A DNA stretch of 57,437 bases from the NCBI RefSeq assembly GCF_000002075.1, contig NW_004797693.1, forward strand, positions 610,371 to 667,807, in the 5' to 3' direction. This DNA is from Aplysia californica (taxonomy: Eukaryota). A program made the position numbers and the translations under genes. Positions within the stretch are counted from its first letter, which is position 1. Each line of letters opens with the position of its first letter. Of the stretch, positions 23,501 to 38,500 are shown piece by piece. Under the pieces are notes generated by a model. It was not told where the DNA came from and did no database searches. It saw nothing but the letters and a program-made list of their open reading frames with translations.

Positions 23501-26500
23501 GTTTATTACTCTCTTGTGACACCTCTAATCTTTGGCTCTTATATTACCTAATTGTGTTGCAAGTGCCGCATAAACAGGGGCATTCTTGAGCTTGGTTTGT
23601 TTAGGGAATTTTCAAAGCTCTCAAACCACTTGACAATTGGAGACAGATGTCAAATCGGGAAGGCTCACATCTTACATGTTGATACAGGTTTTGCAGGGGT
23701 ATCAGTTCTGTGTGATTCTTACTTTCTTATCTACCCACATTCTTGTCCCCCCTCAGGCGTTATCAATGAAGTGATCTTGGAAGGAAAAGTGAGGAAATCA
23801 CCTCAGTTCACCTATAAACAAGATCCGGATTACATCAATGGACTACCAGAATATTACCTGAAACTCCGGGAGAACTTCCCTGTCCATGAGAGTGAAATGG
23901 TCCTGACCCGGATCTTGCAGAACGGGGAGACAGAAATCTCCTTCCGTAGCCTGACCCCGGGCAGTGTCATTGCTTTCAGGTATAGTCAGAATGAGAAGAA
24001 AAAAGAATTCTTTTACCTGCAGAGTTCTTAAGGCTTTTTTGTGGGCTGCTGGTTACTGGATAGTCTGTAAAGTGCTTTCAGAACTTATTTTGTGTTGTGT
24101 TCATGTTACATGAAGTGAGTTGAAATGTGTGACTGTTGCATCCTCTTTTTTTTTGTCAATTTTGTTTGGGGTTTTTTATTGCTTTGTTCTAAATATCTGC
24201 CATCCTTGATGCTAGAAAAGTGAGCAACACCATTTGACCTTGTTTGCAGGGTAAATAAGGAAGTTGGGAGTTACTCTTTTTTCTTGTGACTGTGACTGAT
24301 ATGGGTGTGTTTACATGCCTCTTTAGATTATTATAACGTTGAATATTTGGTTGGCAGTTGGTGCAGTCTGCTCTTTCTTGCTTTCTCAATTTTACCTTTG
24401 TCTCAAGTTGTTTTTTGTGACTAGCATCTGTGATTAATGGTCAGACTCTTGGCCATTGAATGGAGAAGATGGGAGTTGGATTCCCATTTTGGGAAGTTAT
24501 TTTACTCCGTATCTCAATTAAGCAGAAGGGCTCGAACTCAAATAGCCACTGAATCAGAAAAGTTAAGTAAAGTGAAGAGAATTAAAGTAGAGCAAAGTAA
24601 AGCAAAGCAAAGCAAAGTGAAGTGAAGAGAAGAGAAGTTAAGTGAAATAAAGTAAAGTAAGTAAAGTAAAATGAAGTAAAGTAAAGTAAAATAAAGTAAC
24701 GTAAAGTAAGTAAAGGGAGCAGAGGGGAAGAGAATTAAAGTAAAGTACTCAGCCACTCACTTCAAATCAGTAGTTCCTTTGAACTCCACAGTGTGAGACA
24801 TTTGCCCCCCCCCCCCCCCCCTCCCTTTTTCTATCCCCCTTTTGGTTTCCCCAGATGTGTCCTCCCTGAACAGGCGAAGGGAGCAATCCTGGACATCCGG
24901 CGGGGCCTGGGTCAGTTTGGCTATATGATGCGCTCCTACAGCGGGAACACCATGTTTGATGACACGTGGGACACCTCCAACTTCCGCGCCATCGTGTCCC
25001 GCTTGTCGCTGGCTGACCTGAACCGCTGTCTGTTTCGCATTGACCAGGAGGAAAGGGACGACTGCTATGGGTTTGGAGCCTATAGCATTCCCGGCGCGGG
25101 CAATATGGTTTACTGCGGACTCCGAGGTTAGATTCGTTTTTATCATATGTTGTCACTGTTGCGGGTGATGTGCGTCACTTAGGTTTTTCTTTTGTAGCTT
25201 ATGCAGATTGCTTGAGACACAATCAGCACATTGCTTCTGTTTCTGTATGACTTATCACTTCTGTGGAAATCCAAGTGTTCCACACCTCTCCTTTATCCAT
25301 GTTGCACAATTGATCTCGAATGTTTGATGTCTTGCTGTTGGAATATCTTTCAAGACTTATTGTAAAAGAATACTTACTTCTTTGTATGTTTAAGCTGGGA
25401 CTAAAAACATCTAATAAAAGCCATGTTCATTTTACGGCTCCTTTATCATTTGTCAGACATTAAATTCATAAATACAGTCAAAATAGTAAATCAGGAAATG
25501 ATGCGTTTGAGACTAAGGCCGACTTCGGATATGGAAAGGATACCCAGTGACGAAGAAGGGGAAGCAGTTTTAATGTAGTACGGTTTTGGATATTCTGGTT
25601 ATGTCTGGCCAGTTTTCCTACTTTGCTGAAGTTATGTGTAAAGGGGAATAAGTGCACTCTATATAAAAATATAGGTGGCTTGTGTGATGTGATCCTGGTA
25701 CCTCTTTTTAACTTCAGCCGTTCTATTCATGGGAAAATGTAGCTGTTATAGTGCCCACTCACTGTAAACATAAATTTGATAAAAAGCCTATAGAGTGTGG
25801 GCTTTTACACTGGTTTGATTTGATCTTCCTTTGCTTGTGGGTGGTTGGCGGGTTCTCTTGTTTGGTTTGCTCCTTCTGTCCTATCAAACATCTGTCGCCC
25901 TTTTCTCCCCTCCTTTTTTGTGTTTGTTACTCTCTCGTAACACCTTCTCCAGCATTTTGAAGACCTAATTGTGTTGCAAGTGCCATAAAAATTTGTTACT
26001 AAAACACCTCACTAAATCACCTCACTAAACATCTTCCTTTGTTTCTCTCCTTGCAGGTATCCTTTCGATGCTGGCATCCATTCGGCCAGTGAACGACTTA
26101 GGTCACCCTCTGTGTGGGAATCTGCGAGATGGGGACTGGCTAGCCGACTATACTGCGAACAGACTTAAGAAGCACAAGACTCTGGAAGACGTAAGATTGA
26201 CGCGCTAACACAACCTTTTGTTCACATCTTTTCCTCCTCTTTTTCATCTTTGTTATTCTCCTCTCATCTTCTTCCTCATCCTCTATGTCCTTCTCTTCTT
26301 TCTCCCCATCCTATTTTGGCATCGGTAGTCCAGTGGTTAGACTGTATGCTTCCCAGGAAGTTGAGATTGTTTCAGAATGCTAACTTGTCTGCTGGGGTAA
26401 TAATATAGATTGTAAAGCGCACAGAGCTTGCTGTTGAGCAGGAATTTGTTCTTTACAAATGCCATCTATCTATCTATTCCTTCTCTGCCTTCTTTTTTTC

Positions 26501-29500
26501 CTCCCAGTACTTCTCCTCCTTCTCCTCCTCTTCCTCCCAGTCCTACTACTTTTTCTCCTTCTCCTCCTCTTCATCCCCTTCTTATTCTTTCTCCTCCTTT
26601 TCCTCCTACTCCTACTTTTCCTCCTCTTCTTCCTCCTCCTGGTCTTACTACTTCTCTTTCTCACAACCCTACTACTTCTTCTCCTCTTCCTTCCCATTCT
26701 ACTCCTTCTCCTTCTCTTCCTCTTCCTCCTTGTTCTAATACTTCTCATCCTTGTATTCCTCCTCCTCCTCCTTCTTCTTCTCCTTATCCTCTTTCTAGTC
26801 TTTTCCTCATCCTCCTCTCATCATCCTCTTCTTTTACTTGTTATCTGGGGGGGGGGGGGGGGGGGGGGGGGTTCTATTCTTTCCTGATTTTTTTTTTTGC
26901 TTGTATGACTTTCTTTGTTCTGGAAGACAGTGTGATTTGCCTATCAAGTATCCATAAACTTTGTCCAAGAAGGTAATCTTAATTGCTAGCTGCCAGAGTT
27001 TCTTTTATTTAAGGTCGGGATTAATTTAGAAATTTGTCTGGAAAGGCCAATTCTTGATATCTGCTTCTTTGTTTTCTTACGTATGAAAATTCACTTAATA
27101 CAGGATCAAATTTGACTCTACTAAGCACAATTTGGATTCCTAGGGACGAAAGGTGGCGCTCAGTTTATTCTTTGTCTGAGAAAACTAAGTGTTGGATCTG
27201 ACCTCCTCTCGTAGATTACATATTTGAAGCAAGCGTATACATTGTTTCTTCTTTTCAGCTGGGGAAGTGGTTTGAGGCCATCTTTGCAAATCTCAAGCTT
27301 GTGCCACGTTTCCTGGTGCCATGTTACTTTGATGCCATCGTCACCGGGGCTTACATGGTACTGCTGGACACTGCTTATGAGCTTATGTCAGAGTGAGTTG
27401 TTGCCCTTGACTTTTGTGTCTGGTAAAGAGAAAGAGACGGTGACTGATAATGTACTTTAAAGAGATCTGCTTCTTTTTATCTGTGTATCCTAGTATGTTC
27501 CTGACAAAAAGGGGGGCACTGTTAACTCAGTCGATGCCGTGGTTGACTATGATGCGCATAACCCTGAGTTAAATTTTTAATGGGACTTCTTAACCATCAC
27601 TATTTGAAGAGTTTTTCTATAGTTCTCCACCCCCATGGCTTTGTCCTTTCGGAGATGGACATTAAATCAAAGGTCCAACAGCGTATATAAATGTAACTTT
27701 ACAGAGTTGATTTGAGCATCAAATCCATACCATACTTTTCAATATTTAGCAAAATATTTGTCATGAAGGACTCGATGATGACAACAAAAAAAAAGGAAGA
27801 GGTTTCTGGGGCATAAAAGTGATATTTCATTGTCATCTGTTGCATACATCCAATAGAATCACTTGTCTTTGATGTTAAGGTTTACTTTATAAAGAAGGAT
27901 CCAGTATAGTTGTGGGTTTTTTTAAGATATCATTTCATGACATTTTTTTTTATTTGCTCAAAACTGTGATTAATGGTCGAGGCCATTATTGTAGCATGTA
28001 TAGGCGGATTGTTATAATCTTTAGATTGTTATAGTCGATAATGGTCTTGCAGATTGCCAATAATTGTAAATATTTTGCTCAGGATATGTCACAGTCATTG
28101 TTTTCGTTATGATTGTTTTTCCTTTTGAATGTCAAAGTCAGTGGTAGTGGGTGGTTGGCGGGTGCTTTTGTGTGGTTTGCTTCTTCTTTCCTATGAAGCA
28201 TATATCGTCCTTTTCTTCCCTTCTTCTTTTTTATTTTTGTTACTCTCTTGTAACACCTCTAATCTTCTAGCGCTCATATGACCTTATGCAGTTGCGAGCG
28301 CTGTAAAACCTCTACTAAAACTAAACCAAAATCAGTGGGGGTTTTTTCTTCTTTTTTTTTCTACATTGTTTTTTAACTCACTCAGTCCGAGATATCTCTG
28401 TCAGTTCACGGGCCATGTTCAATCCCACGGCCGAGGTAACTCAGTTCTATAGTTTTGTTCCGTTTATTAGCTATTTCGTTTCGGAAGACGGCCTCAAGTT
28501 TTATGAAAGGTCAATTTATTACTTTCCCGGCCAATTCTGCCTAGAGGGGTGCTAGAATTTTTTTCTGCTGTCATTACACACTGAGAAATCGCGTTTTTTA
28601 TGAAGGCACTTTCAGCACGTTTGTTCGCAGTGATCAGCTGAGCATGTCTCACAATCAGTTCTCTCTGCCTTTCTCACACATACATTTTTTTACTCATGAA
28701 AGTATTCAACCGTCTGTATTATACTTGACATTTATGCAGTTGCGAGCGCCGTAAAACCTCTACCAAAACAAAAACAGACAGACACTCACAAGCATATTTG
28801 AATATCAATATAGGCTTGCTCTTGCTCATTCGGCCATGAAAAAAATAATAATAAGCCCCTAATAATGCCAAATTTGTTCAACACCCCAAAGCAAATCTAC
28901 TAAAGCTACCTACTTCAAATTTGGTACGTCTAAAGGTCCATCTTAGGTTGTACTTTGCACCAAATTTCAAAGCAACTGAATGATATTTGTGGTTACTAGT
29001 GGACCCTTCCTTAAATACCAAAATAACCGGTTTCTGGGTAGCCTACAATTTCGGGGAAAACTCCCAGGATTGAGTGAGTCTATGATTTTCACAGGCTATT
29101 ATTGTGTTCCTTATTATTGTCACAAAGTCAGTTAATGTTTTTCGTACGATTGTCAATGTCAGTGAATGTTTTTGTTCCCCAGTTTCATCAAGGACGGGTC
29201 CTTTTTTGTGAAAGCTCTCAGCATGACCTCACTGCAAGTGGTGGGCTATGCCCCACAAGCCCGCTTAGCGCCGCTCTCCCCGCGGCTGGTGCCCCGCCCT
29301 CGTACAGAGTACAACAACTGTCGCAAACAGGATGAGGAGGCTCCACTCTCCATGTCTGCTGGTAGGTAATCACTACCTTAGAATTACAAGGTTCTATCTG
29401 ACATTTATGGCTGTTTTGAGTTACTAAGACCATGATTTCAGAAACCAAATGTTCTATCTGCTCCATCAAAATCATAAGATTATTCCGTGTCGTCATCAAA

Positions 29501-32500
29501 ATATTCAAAGAATTGCATTAGATCTAGCAAAAGTTTTACATGTTGTGAAATTCAAAATTTTTAACATCAAATTTCTCAAAACTAGGTACTGAGCTGATAC
29601 AACTTTGTAATTCTAGAGTAGCCAAATGGGTAAGATGGTTGGAGAAAAATGTTTCCCATTTGTTACACCCTGTAGCTCTTTCCTTCAGTAAGGCGTGTCA
29701 GAACAAAAGACAGCTCTGGAAGAAGAAAGACCCTTTCAGTGCCTGGCCAGTGACTATTTTCGGTTGTTTAGTTGAAATATATTGTGAGCTAGCCATCAAA
29801 AGTCTCCACAGTGCAGCACCCTGTACCAAAGTTCAGCAGAGGAAAACAGTATAAAATACCATCCCCTATGAAAACATCCTGTCTGACAAAGCTGGGAATT
29901 GAACCTAGTCCCAGGGGGTTGAAAGGCCATAGTCAAGTGTCTTTCCCCTCCACTAGGAAAATTATCTTTCTTACTCCGAGTTCTGTGGTAAAGGTTTTGA
30001 GAGAGAGAAAGAGAGATGCGGAACAACCTTTTTATAAGTTTCTGGGGTTTTTTCTGTCCTATTTCAGGTTTCCCACACTTTGGTGCTGGTTACATGAGGA
30101 ACTGGGGTCGTGACACGTTCATTTCTCTCCGAGGTCTGCTGCTGATAACGGACAGACGGGAGGAGGCAAGGTGAGCAACTGTCATCAAAAATACTGTAGT
30201 GTTAAGCTGTCTGCTTGATGTTATTGCTGACTTTCTGCAAGAATTGTTTCTCTTTTGATAAGCATGGTGGCAGATGAAAAACTTACCATTAACATTTTTG
30301 TGTTTGTTTTGCTGCATCTTTGATGAAATATGTTATTTTCATATTCATTTAATTTAGTTATAAAAAAGCTAGGTACTTAAGATCACAAGAGCATTAGAAT
30401 AATTTGGTTTTTTTATGGTATGATATCATCCCAAAATAAAATATTTCTCTATAGTTGTCTGCTTCCATGTAATTTTAGTTTAAGGGCACTGTTGTCCTGT
30501 GTGTTTACCACTGGAAGCCTGACCTGTACTGTGTCATTGCTTCACATCTATGTCACTGGATACCACCAACTCTCCTCAGACACATCATCTTGTCATATGC
30601 TGGAACATTACGCCACGGCCTCATTCCCAACCTGTTGAATGAAGGTAAAGGATCGCGGTTTAACTGCCGTGACGCTGTCTGGTTCTGGCTGTACGTGATC
30701 CGGGAGTACTGCCTGAGTGACAAGAACGGCTACAGTATTCTCAAGGACCCGGTCAGCCGGATGTACCCCCAGGACGACTCTCTGCCACAAGAGCCAGGAG
30801 CAGTGGTGAGTCAAATGGACTTCACTTCCGCTGGAATTTTGATTTTGGAATGATACCCCCTCCCCTCCCTTATACTTCTTATAGCCCTGTAGCTCCATAT
30901 ATATAATTTTCCTATTATTTTTGGGGCTAGCAGAAAACAGCAAAGGGTGTTTTTTGAACATCAGCCTACTTCATTGTCCTGAAATGAAGTTCATCATCAT
31001 CAATACCTTTCACCCCTGGCAGGGTAAATGCCACATACAAGTTCCTTCCATTTATCTCTGTCCTGAGCCATCCTTCCAAGCTCGTTCCAAGTGAGCTTCA
31101 TTTCTCTCATGTCCCTTTCCACGCATCTCGTCCATGTTTCCCGTGGCCTACCCCTGCCTCGTGCTCCTTGTGGGTTCCACTGCAGTGACTGTCTTGTGAT
31201 GAAGTTGAAATGAAGTTGCTTGTGATAAATGATTAGAAAAGTCTTTTTGAAGGTTATGCTTGTTTTTATGCAAACTCATTCACTTTGTTCAAGACTGAAG
31301 ACTAGCTTTGAGCTATGAATTCTTATAATTTTTGTGTAGATTTGTTAGGTTTCTGTTTGTCTTTTTATTTTCAGTCTTAATAAGCCTCACTGTTTTATAA
31401 ACATCACTGTTTTGGAATTCACCCCTTTCCGTTTGCTCATTATTTTGAGAATGTGTGACCTTCACAGTTACACACCTTTTTATCTTTCTATGAAAAATTT
31501 ATCATCATTGTTTACAGCAGAAGTGAATCTTTCTAGAGACTGGGCAAAAGCTCTAATTCAGTGATTCAGACTCAAGATATAAAAAAAGGAAATGGAGGTG
31601 TTCAGTCATAGTCACATTTTCTTTCATTGGTACAATAATGTTGTAGATCGTACGTGTGTGTGAATGGGTGGGTCACTGCAGAAGGACATGCGTGTTTTTT
31701 TGTAGAAATGTGTGACCATGTTTATACTCAACTTCATTAACCAATCATTCTATAACACAACAGCGGCCAATTTCATAATTTTATTATCCGTCCTCCTTCC
31801 CTCTCCCCCCCCCCCCCTTTCCACCACCCAATCCAAACAAACAGGAGCAACCACTCCACGATGTGATGCAGGAAGCCCTCAGCAGACATGCTCTCGGGGT
31901 CAAGTTCAGAGAACGCAATGCCGGAACACAGATAGATGAACAGATGACTGACGCTGGTCAGTGTATTGGCAGATTGTTTTTGTGAACGCAGTGTAATAAT
32001 TATTTCAGATAACAAGAGATAGATGAATAGATGAGAGAGGCTGGTTTGTGTAGTTATGCTATATATAAACAAGTTGTAATGTTTGACATAACTGTTGGCA
32101 AATAAGTAAATGAGAAATGCTTGTTTTTGTACCTATCAAATACTTCTGTGGGTGGTTTGTAAATCTTTATGATAATGGAGGCTGCAGTTTTGATGAAACT
32201 CGGTGAATTTTGTTTATTGACAAAGAAGGGGAAGTAGCATAGACACCATGTATGACATCAACTACCTTGTTTTTACCCTTTCGATTGCAAAGATCCATTT
32301 TACGCTACATCAGGTTTTGTATTGTTCATTCTCATGGGTGTTTGGAAAGTGCCACTGGTAGGTTTTATCCTCTTTGCTTTAACTATTGTTTCTGTGTGTC
32401 TGCCTCGTTTTTTCGTGCCAAAAGTGATTTTATCATGAGAAATAGTGTTCTGATGGAGATCATTTTCACAGACTTCTCTTGGTAAAATTGTGATCAAATG

Positions 32501-35500
32501 ATACACTACACTGAATCGGAAGTATGGAAGAAAGCTTTGAAACTATATCAAATTTGATTGGTTTAGTTTTAGACAGAAACATTCTTCAGCTTGTCAACAT
32601 CTCTTTGATTAAATATTAAAGCATAGGTGATGTTTCACAATTTGTCTATGAAAAAGGTGCGTTTTCTCAAATGGAATTAGAAGCAGAATAAAATTAGTAG
32701 GAAAATGACGGTATGATGAGCACTGTTTAATGTCTGTCGTTTGTTTGTCAGGTTTCAACAATGAAATTGGCATTGACTGGAAAACTGGTTTTGTCTTTGG
32801 TGGCAATGAGTGGAACTGTGGAACTTGGATGGACAAAATGGGCAGCTCAGCCAAGTCCGGAAGCAAAGGCAAGCCAGCCACACCAAGGTCAGTCTCACTG
32901 GTGTCCCTATATAGATTCATTAGTGAGGTTCTTTGTTCATAGTTCATTGTTTCAGAAAGCAACATCCCTGCACTCCGGACATGTCCATTGATGCTCCGTT
33001 GCTCTCTCCAAAATGTTGCCGAGGGTCCTTCTACTGATTGTGCCAGTGCACATCTGGTTGAACGTTCTTCTCTTCTTTCCTGCAAGGATGGCAGATTTTC
33101 CGCTTCCTTTTTTTATTCCCAAAAGCATCATCCTCTCCACGGCAGTACTGGCCTCTGCCTCCCTATCTTCCTCCTCAATCAGCTGGCGAGAGAGACATTT
33201 CAGGATCTCAACCCTATCTGGTTGAACCGTATTGTCAACTAAGGTGGCCTCACCAGCCAATCTGTCGGCTTTTTCATTTCCCCTAACACCTGCATGGCCA
33301 GGGCAGAAAATCCATGTGAGCGATCGTATAGGCGTTGGTTCGATAGCTTGAATCCATTCTGTTCTCAGGGAACCTTTTTCGATCCTTCTGAGGGTACACA
33401 TAGAATCAGTTATAAGAACAGCTTGGGTTGTGTGGGGGCGATCTTGGGTCATCCAATCAAGTGCTTTCGTGATGGCTTCAATTTCCATACGCATACTTGA
33501 TGTAGCCCTACTGCAGGCTCCAGATGCACTGTGTATGGTTTTATTGTTAACGAATGCAACAAATCCCCATCCACTTCTCTGACTATCTCTTTTCACTGAA
33601 CCATCTGTATAAATTATAGGATCCCCTGCTTTTGAGTTTGTGTCAGCAATCTCGTTGATATCGCTCTTGTTGATGGCAGCCGCAACATTTCTTCTGTCTC
33701 TGCCCATGCTTATTTTGACCTTGGTGAGGTCCCTGTATTCTCCGGCCACCTGTTCCCATTCTTTGCCTAGTGGTAGGCTCTCAGGTACACAGATTGTTCT
33801 CAGGGAATCCTCTGCTTCTGCCATCCAAGATTTTCCTCTCTTGATTCTGACTCTCCTGTTGTCATGAAGTGCTTTGTGAAGTGGATGATCCTTCTTGCCC
33901 ATTACACTGAGATACATCTTTGCCTGAGCTATCCTATGGCGTACTCTGATGCCACTTAAACCTAGCAAGTAGCGCATGCACAATATTGGAGTGTCCTTGG
34001 TGCAGCCCAGCACTGCTCTCATTGCCTCATTCTGCACTCAATCCAGCTTTGCGATCTGTGTGTCGGACAGCGTGAGACAGCCCAATCCATAATCAATGAC
34101 AGACAGGACGACCAGCTGCAACATCAGGAAGAGCACTCTTTGCGGAATCAGAGCGGCCGCCATGGTCTTGATTGCACCAACACCTCGTTTGGCCTTTGTT
34201 ACCACATGATTCACATGCTTGTTGAAGGATAACGACCTGTCGAAGACGATTCCCAGATACTTCAGCTCTGACTGTGTGTCGATATTAGTGAGGTGAAATA
34301 ACTTACACAGTTTTTCCCGAATTGTGGTTTATTCTTCAAGTTGGCACATAGGGACACTCAAAGAGTTTGCACATCTTTCTTGCCCACTTCTCAGCCCATT
34401 GGTTAGCATTTGGGTCATTTGACTCGTGACTAGAATTTTAAAAAATTTTTAAGGACTTTGTCTCATGAGCTGATGTCATCTTCGCTTATAATATTACCTG
34501 AAATAATTGATAAGATTGCCGTCACACTTTTGTATCTTAAAGTGGGTGGTTGATTATGTGCTCTGGTGTGTCTGCTCCTTCTATTTCTTTTCCGTGTTCC
34601 TATTTTCCAAGTTTGATCCTTGCAAAATGTGGCCATTTTCCTTTACCGACTTGCATTAAGCTGCATCTCAGTGATTTCATCATCTTGAAATAGAAGCAGA
34701 CATTTATCTAAGTTTATGGTTGTGAATTTGTTTTTGTGTTTTTGTTTTTGTTCAGAGATGGATCAGCTGTGGAGCTGGTGGGGCTGTGTGCTGGTGTTGT
34801 GCAGTGGCTGGCTGAGGCGAACAGCTCAAAACTCTACCCTTATGATGGTGTGGAAAAAGAAGTTAATGGTGAGTATTGTAACCAACTCCACATGTGAAAG
34901 GAATTATCGAAATTAGATTAGATTAGGTTTGTAAAAATCCCAGTATGTGCGGTATGTTAATATTTGCTGAACAACAGTTTTGTTTTATATTCAGGTTCTC
35001 CCCCATCCTTTTTTTCATTTTCATTCTTATGAAGACGGCTTGGCAACAAGAAATATTTGATCCTTTTTTTAGGCAATTTTGACTTCATGAGAATACTAAA
35101 TCTTGTATAATGTTTTACATTCGGAGCTGTTTATTTTGGCGCTCATATGACCTTATGTAGTTGCGAGCACCGTAAAAGGTCTACTAGAACTAGGAACTGT
35201 TTATGTATTTGCTGACCTAAAAATTATGCGTGAATCGATGATTATAGCACAATCGTTGACCGCTTTAATTTGGAATTAAAATAATGTGTTTTGACTGAAG
35301 ACTGTACTTTCGATCTATGCCTCATGTTGACAGCATGTGCATGACTTGGAATATAGAGCAGTTAACTGTTGAGATTGGAGACCATAATATACTTTGTAGA
35401 GATCAAGTTTTGCCAAAGTTGATTTTGAAGGTTTATGTTCTGCCACTATCTGGCTGCAATTAATTCGAAATGTAAACAAGAACAGTTCTGTGAAAGTGTT

Positions 35501-38500
35501 ACCCCTTGCCTGTATATTTTTGTTCTGTACTTTTAGCAAATAAAAGGTTTTAAAGAATTGTCTAAGGAAAATGCCGCTTTTTTTTCCACGGGTGTTTTGG
35601 GGGTTCAGTATCACATCTTTCATGACAACAGTTTTTTTCAAAAACAACTGCTAGAAAAGTATTTTCATCCAGTTTATGCTTATAAGACAGACAATCGCAC
35701 TACAAATCGTCATATGAGATTAAAAGGATTCTATCTGCATTTTGTGAATGTTTTGAGTTCAGTTTTGGGTGGCCCTTGTTCTATCTGCAGTGCACGACAT
35801 AGTGATCCTCATTTTCTTCTGAAATGTTTATTCTGTTGAAGAAAATTACACATGAAAAAAAGTTTCTATCTGCTTTTTTGTATCAAAATTCACAAACGTG
35901 CATGTCCAACATGTTTAACGTACCTAAAATATAAAACCCTTTCAATCTCATACCACTAAATATGTATTATAGATGAGAGAGTGCAAGCCACTGTGGATTA
36001 CACAAATGCATGAAAAAGGTGAAAAAATTCCTTGATCTCTCTCATTTGTAAATGCAACAAGTTGTCAGAGAATTGATCAATAATATGGCTTAAAATTGTG
36101 AAAGTGAAACCATAGGAAAGCTAGTCAGAAACTCTTAACTTGTCAGATTTACAAATTATTGTCAACAATACACGTTCAGAGTTTGAGAATCCTTTTAGTC
36201 CTTTTATCCATCTCTCTCTTCAGGTCAAAAAGTGAAAGTGACATACAAAGAATGGTTTGATAAAATCAAGACCAACTTTGAGAGACAGTTTTACATCTCA
36301 CCAAAGCCGGACAAAGAGAACGAGCCTAACCCAGAGCTGATCAACCGGCGTGGGATGTACAAGGACAGCGTCAACGCAACACAGTTTTGGGCCAACTTCC
36401 AACTGCGTTGTAACTTCCCAGTCGCCATGGTTGCGGTAATCAGATTTATTATTCTAAATAAGTGTGAGGTATCTTGGTGAACTCAGGCGCTTGTCAAAAT
36501 AACGAAATCGGAGGTACAGGCGTTTTTCCACCAGTTGGGCAATATTTTTTTAATTTATGCTTTTTGGCTCTACCCCTTTTATTCATTTAAAAACACATTT
36601 CTGTGTGAAGTTAACTGAAAAACGTTGATTAAAGGCACAAAATATGTCATTTTTTAGTTGTCAAGGACTCTATTAGTCTTTGCTCAGTGTTGTGTTCTCA
36701 GTCTCTGCTTGTATTGAAGCTATCTTACAAGCACAAAAGAGAGCTGCAATATAAAAACAATATATTTGAAATTAATAGTAGAATGCACATCAACAATGGC
36801 TGCAGCTGAGAAGGTCCTTGTTTGGAAGGAGAACAGACAGGCCTAGTCAAAGTTTGATTCCTGGGTCTGTCAGATAGGACGTTGTATCTTTTCGAAAGGT
36901 ACTTTACCCCTTTTCCTCTATTCACCTGGCTATTCATAGGTATAGGGCATTCATTTTTTGTGATTAGAAAGTACATATTTTGTAATTGTTATTATCTGTA
37001 TTAGTACTATTAATATGATGTTTGTGTTACCTCTGAAGTATTTTATGTATAAATTCTTTATGCCATTGTGACCCAAATTTCGCCTCTAGGTTTTCATTTG
37101 ACTAATATTTTTCTTATTCTTGGATTTCTAGATGAGTTATTTTGTTCTGACTCATGTTTCTGTTTGTGGTCCCCTGCAGTGCCCGGATCTGTTCACTCCG
37201 GAGAATGCATGGGCGGCCCTTGAGAACGCCGGCCAGATCTTGCTTGGCCCCCTTGGAATGAAAACCCTGGACCCAGCGTAAGTCACCTTGATTTTAAAGA
37301 AAGAGGAGTTGGGATGTAATCAGCCAGTGAAGTTAGTGGCTGTCTTAGAAAAGGGATTTTTTTTTTCTTAGTAGTCTTGTGGTCTTGGCGAGTGTTCCTC
37401 AGTTGGTGATCAGACATCCATTCGATTTTTTAAATTATCTAGTCTGCATTCTTTTCTTGTTAATTTTTTTTTTCTTTTTTGGACTTCTTTTGTCTGATAA
37501 AATACATCAGTGTCACAGCATCTGGAGCCGTGGTTATTTTTCAAAGTTTATCATTTTGATAAAAATGGTTGCTAGGTTTTAGAATTTTACATTGCACCTT
37601 TGAGAGAAAGAGAGTGGTGTGTTTGTGTATGAGTGTGTATTCATAAAAATACTCACTACTAGTGTACAAGACCAGGACAAATTTCTCATTATGAGGTCAA
37701 GTTTGCTGTTGTCATGTCATAGATAGTACATAGATCTTCTCGAGATACTGTTGCTTAAGTGGCCAGAATTTGTGAACACAGGCACGTGTGTCTCAAAGAT
37801 GACAGGAAAGGATACTTTATGACTTTGTATAATTTTGGGTCTTGACCTCCCAGTGAAAAGCTCAGCAGTCTTGACTCTGTGTACTGAAAGTTTCTTTGAA
37901 TTTTTTGATTCTCCTATTTTGTGGAAAGCCTGTGACGTACTTCTTGTTTGCCATGAACTCATGTGAGCCTTGAGATTTTAGGGGAAAGAGCCTGTGCTTG
38001 AGAGTTGGAACAGTTAGATTGGTGCAACGTTACGGGTGCTCAGGGCCATGTCATATCATTTTCATGTTGTTGGACCGATCTTCCCTTGATTCGGATATAT
38101 TGTGTTGAATTTTTTAAACCCAAAACGAAGCCTCTAAATTTATTTAATCTGTCTTGGTCTCTTTCCAACTCTCCCACCCCTTCTCTACCGCAGTGACTGG
38201 GCTTACCGTGGTGACTATGACAACAGCAATGACTCTGAGGACATTAATGTGGCTCAAGGCTGGAATTACCACCAGGGACCTGTAAGTCTTGATGCCAGAC
38301 TCCTGGTATTGTCTTATTCTTAGTTTACATACATGCTTCGTAACTGGCGTGCTCACTCCAACACAACGATGGTTAGGTGCAAACTCTGAAAATCACCATT
38401 TTTCATTTTGCACCCAACCATGGACATATACAGCCAATATGTATGTAGCCAATCTTTTAGCTGATGTGTACATTCCCACTTACATACTACAGACATACAT

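Noticed and set aside
26428-26976. Pro/Ser-, Leu- and Arg-rich ORFs
   Set aside because: Translations of a CT-rich low-complexity tract.
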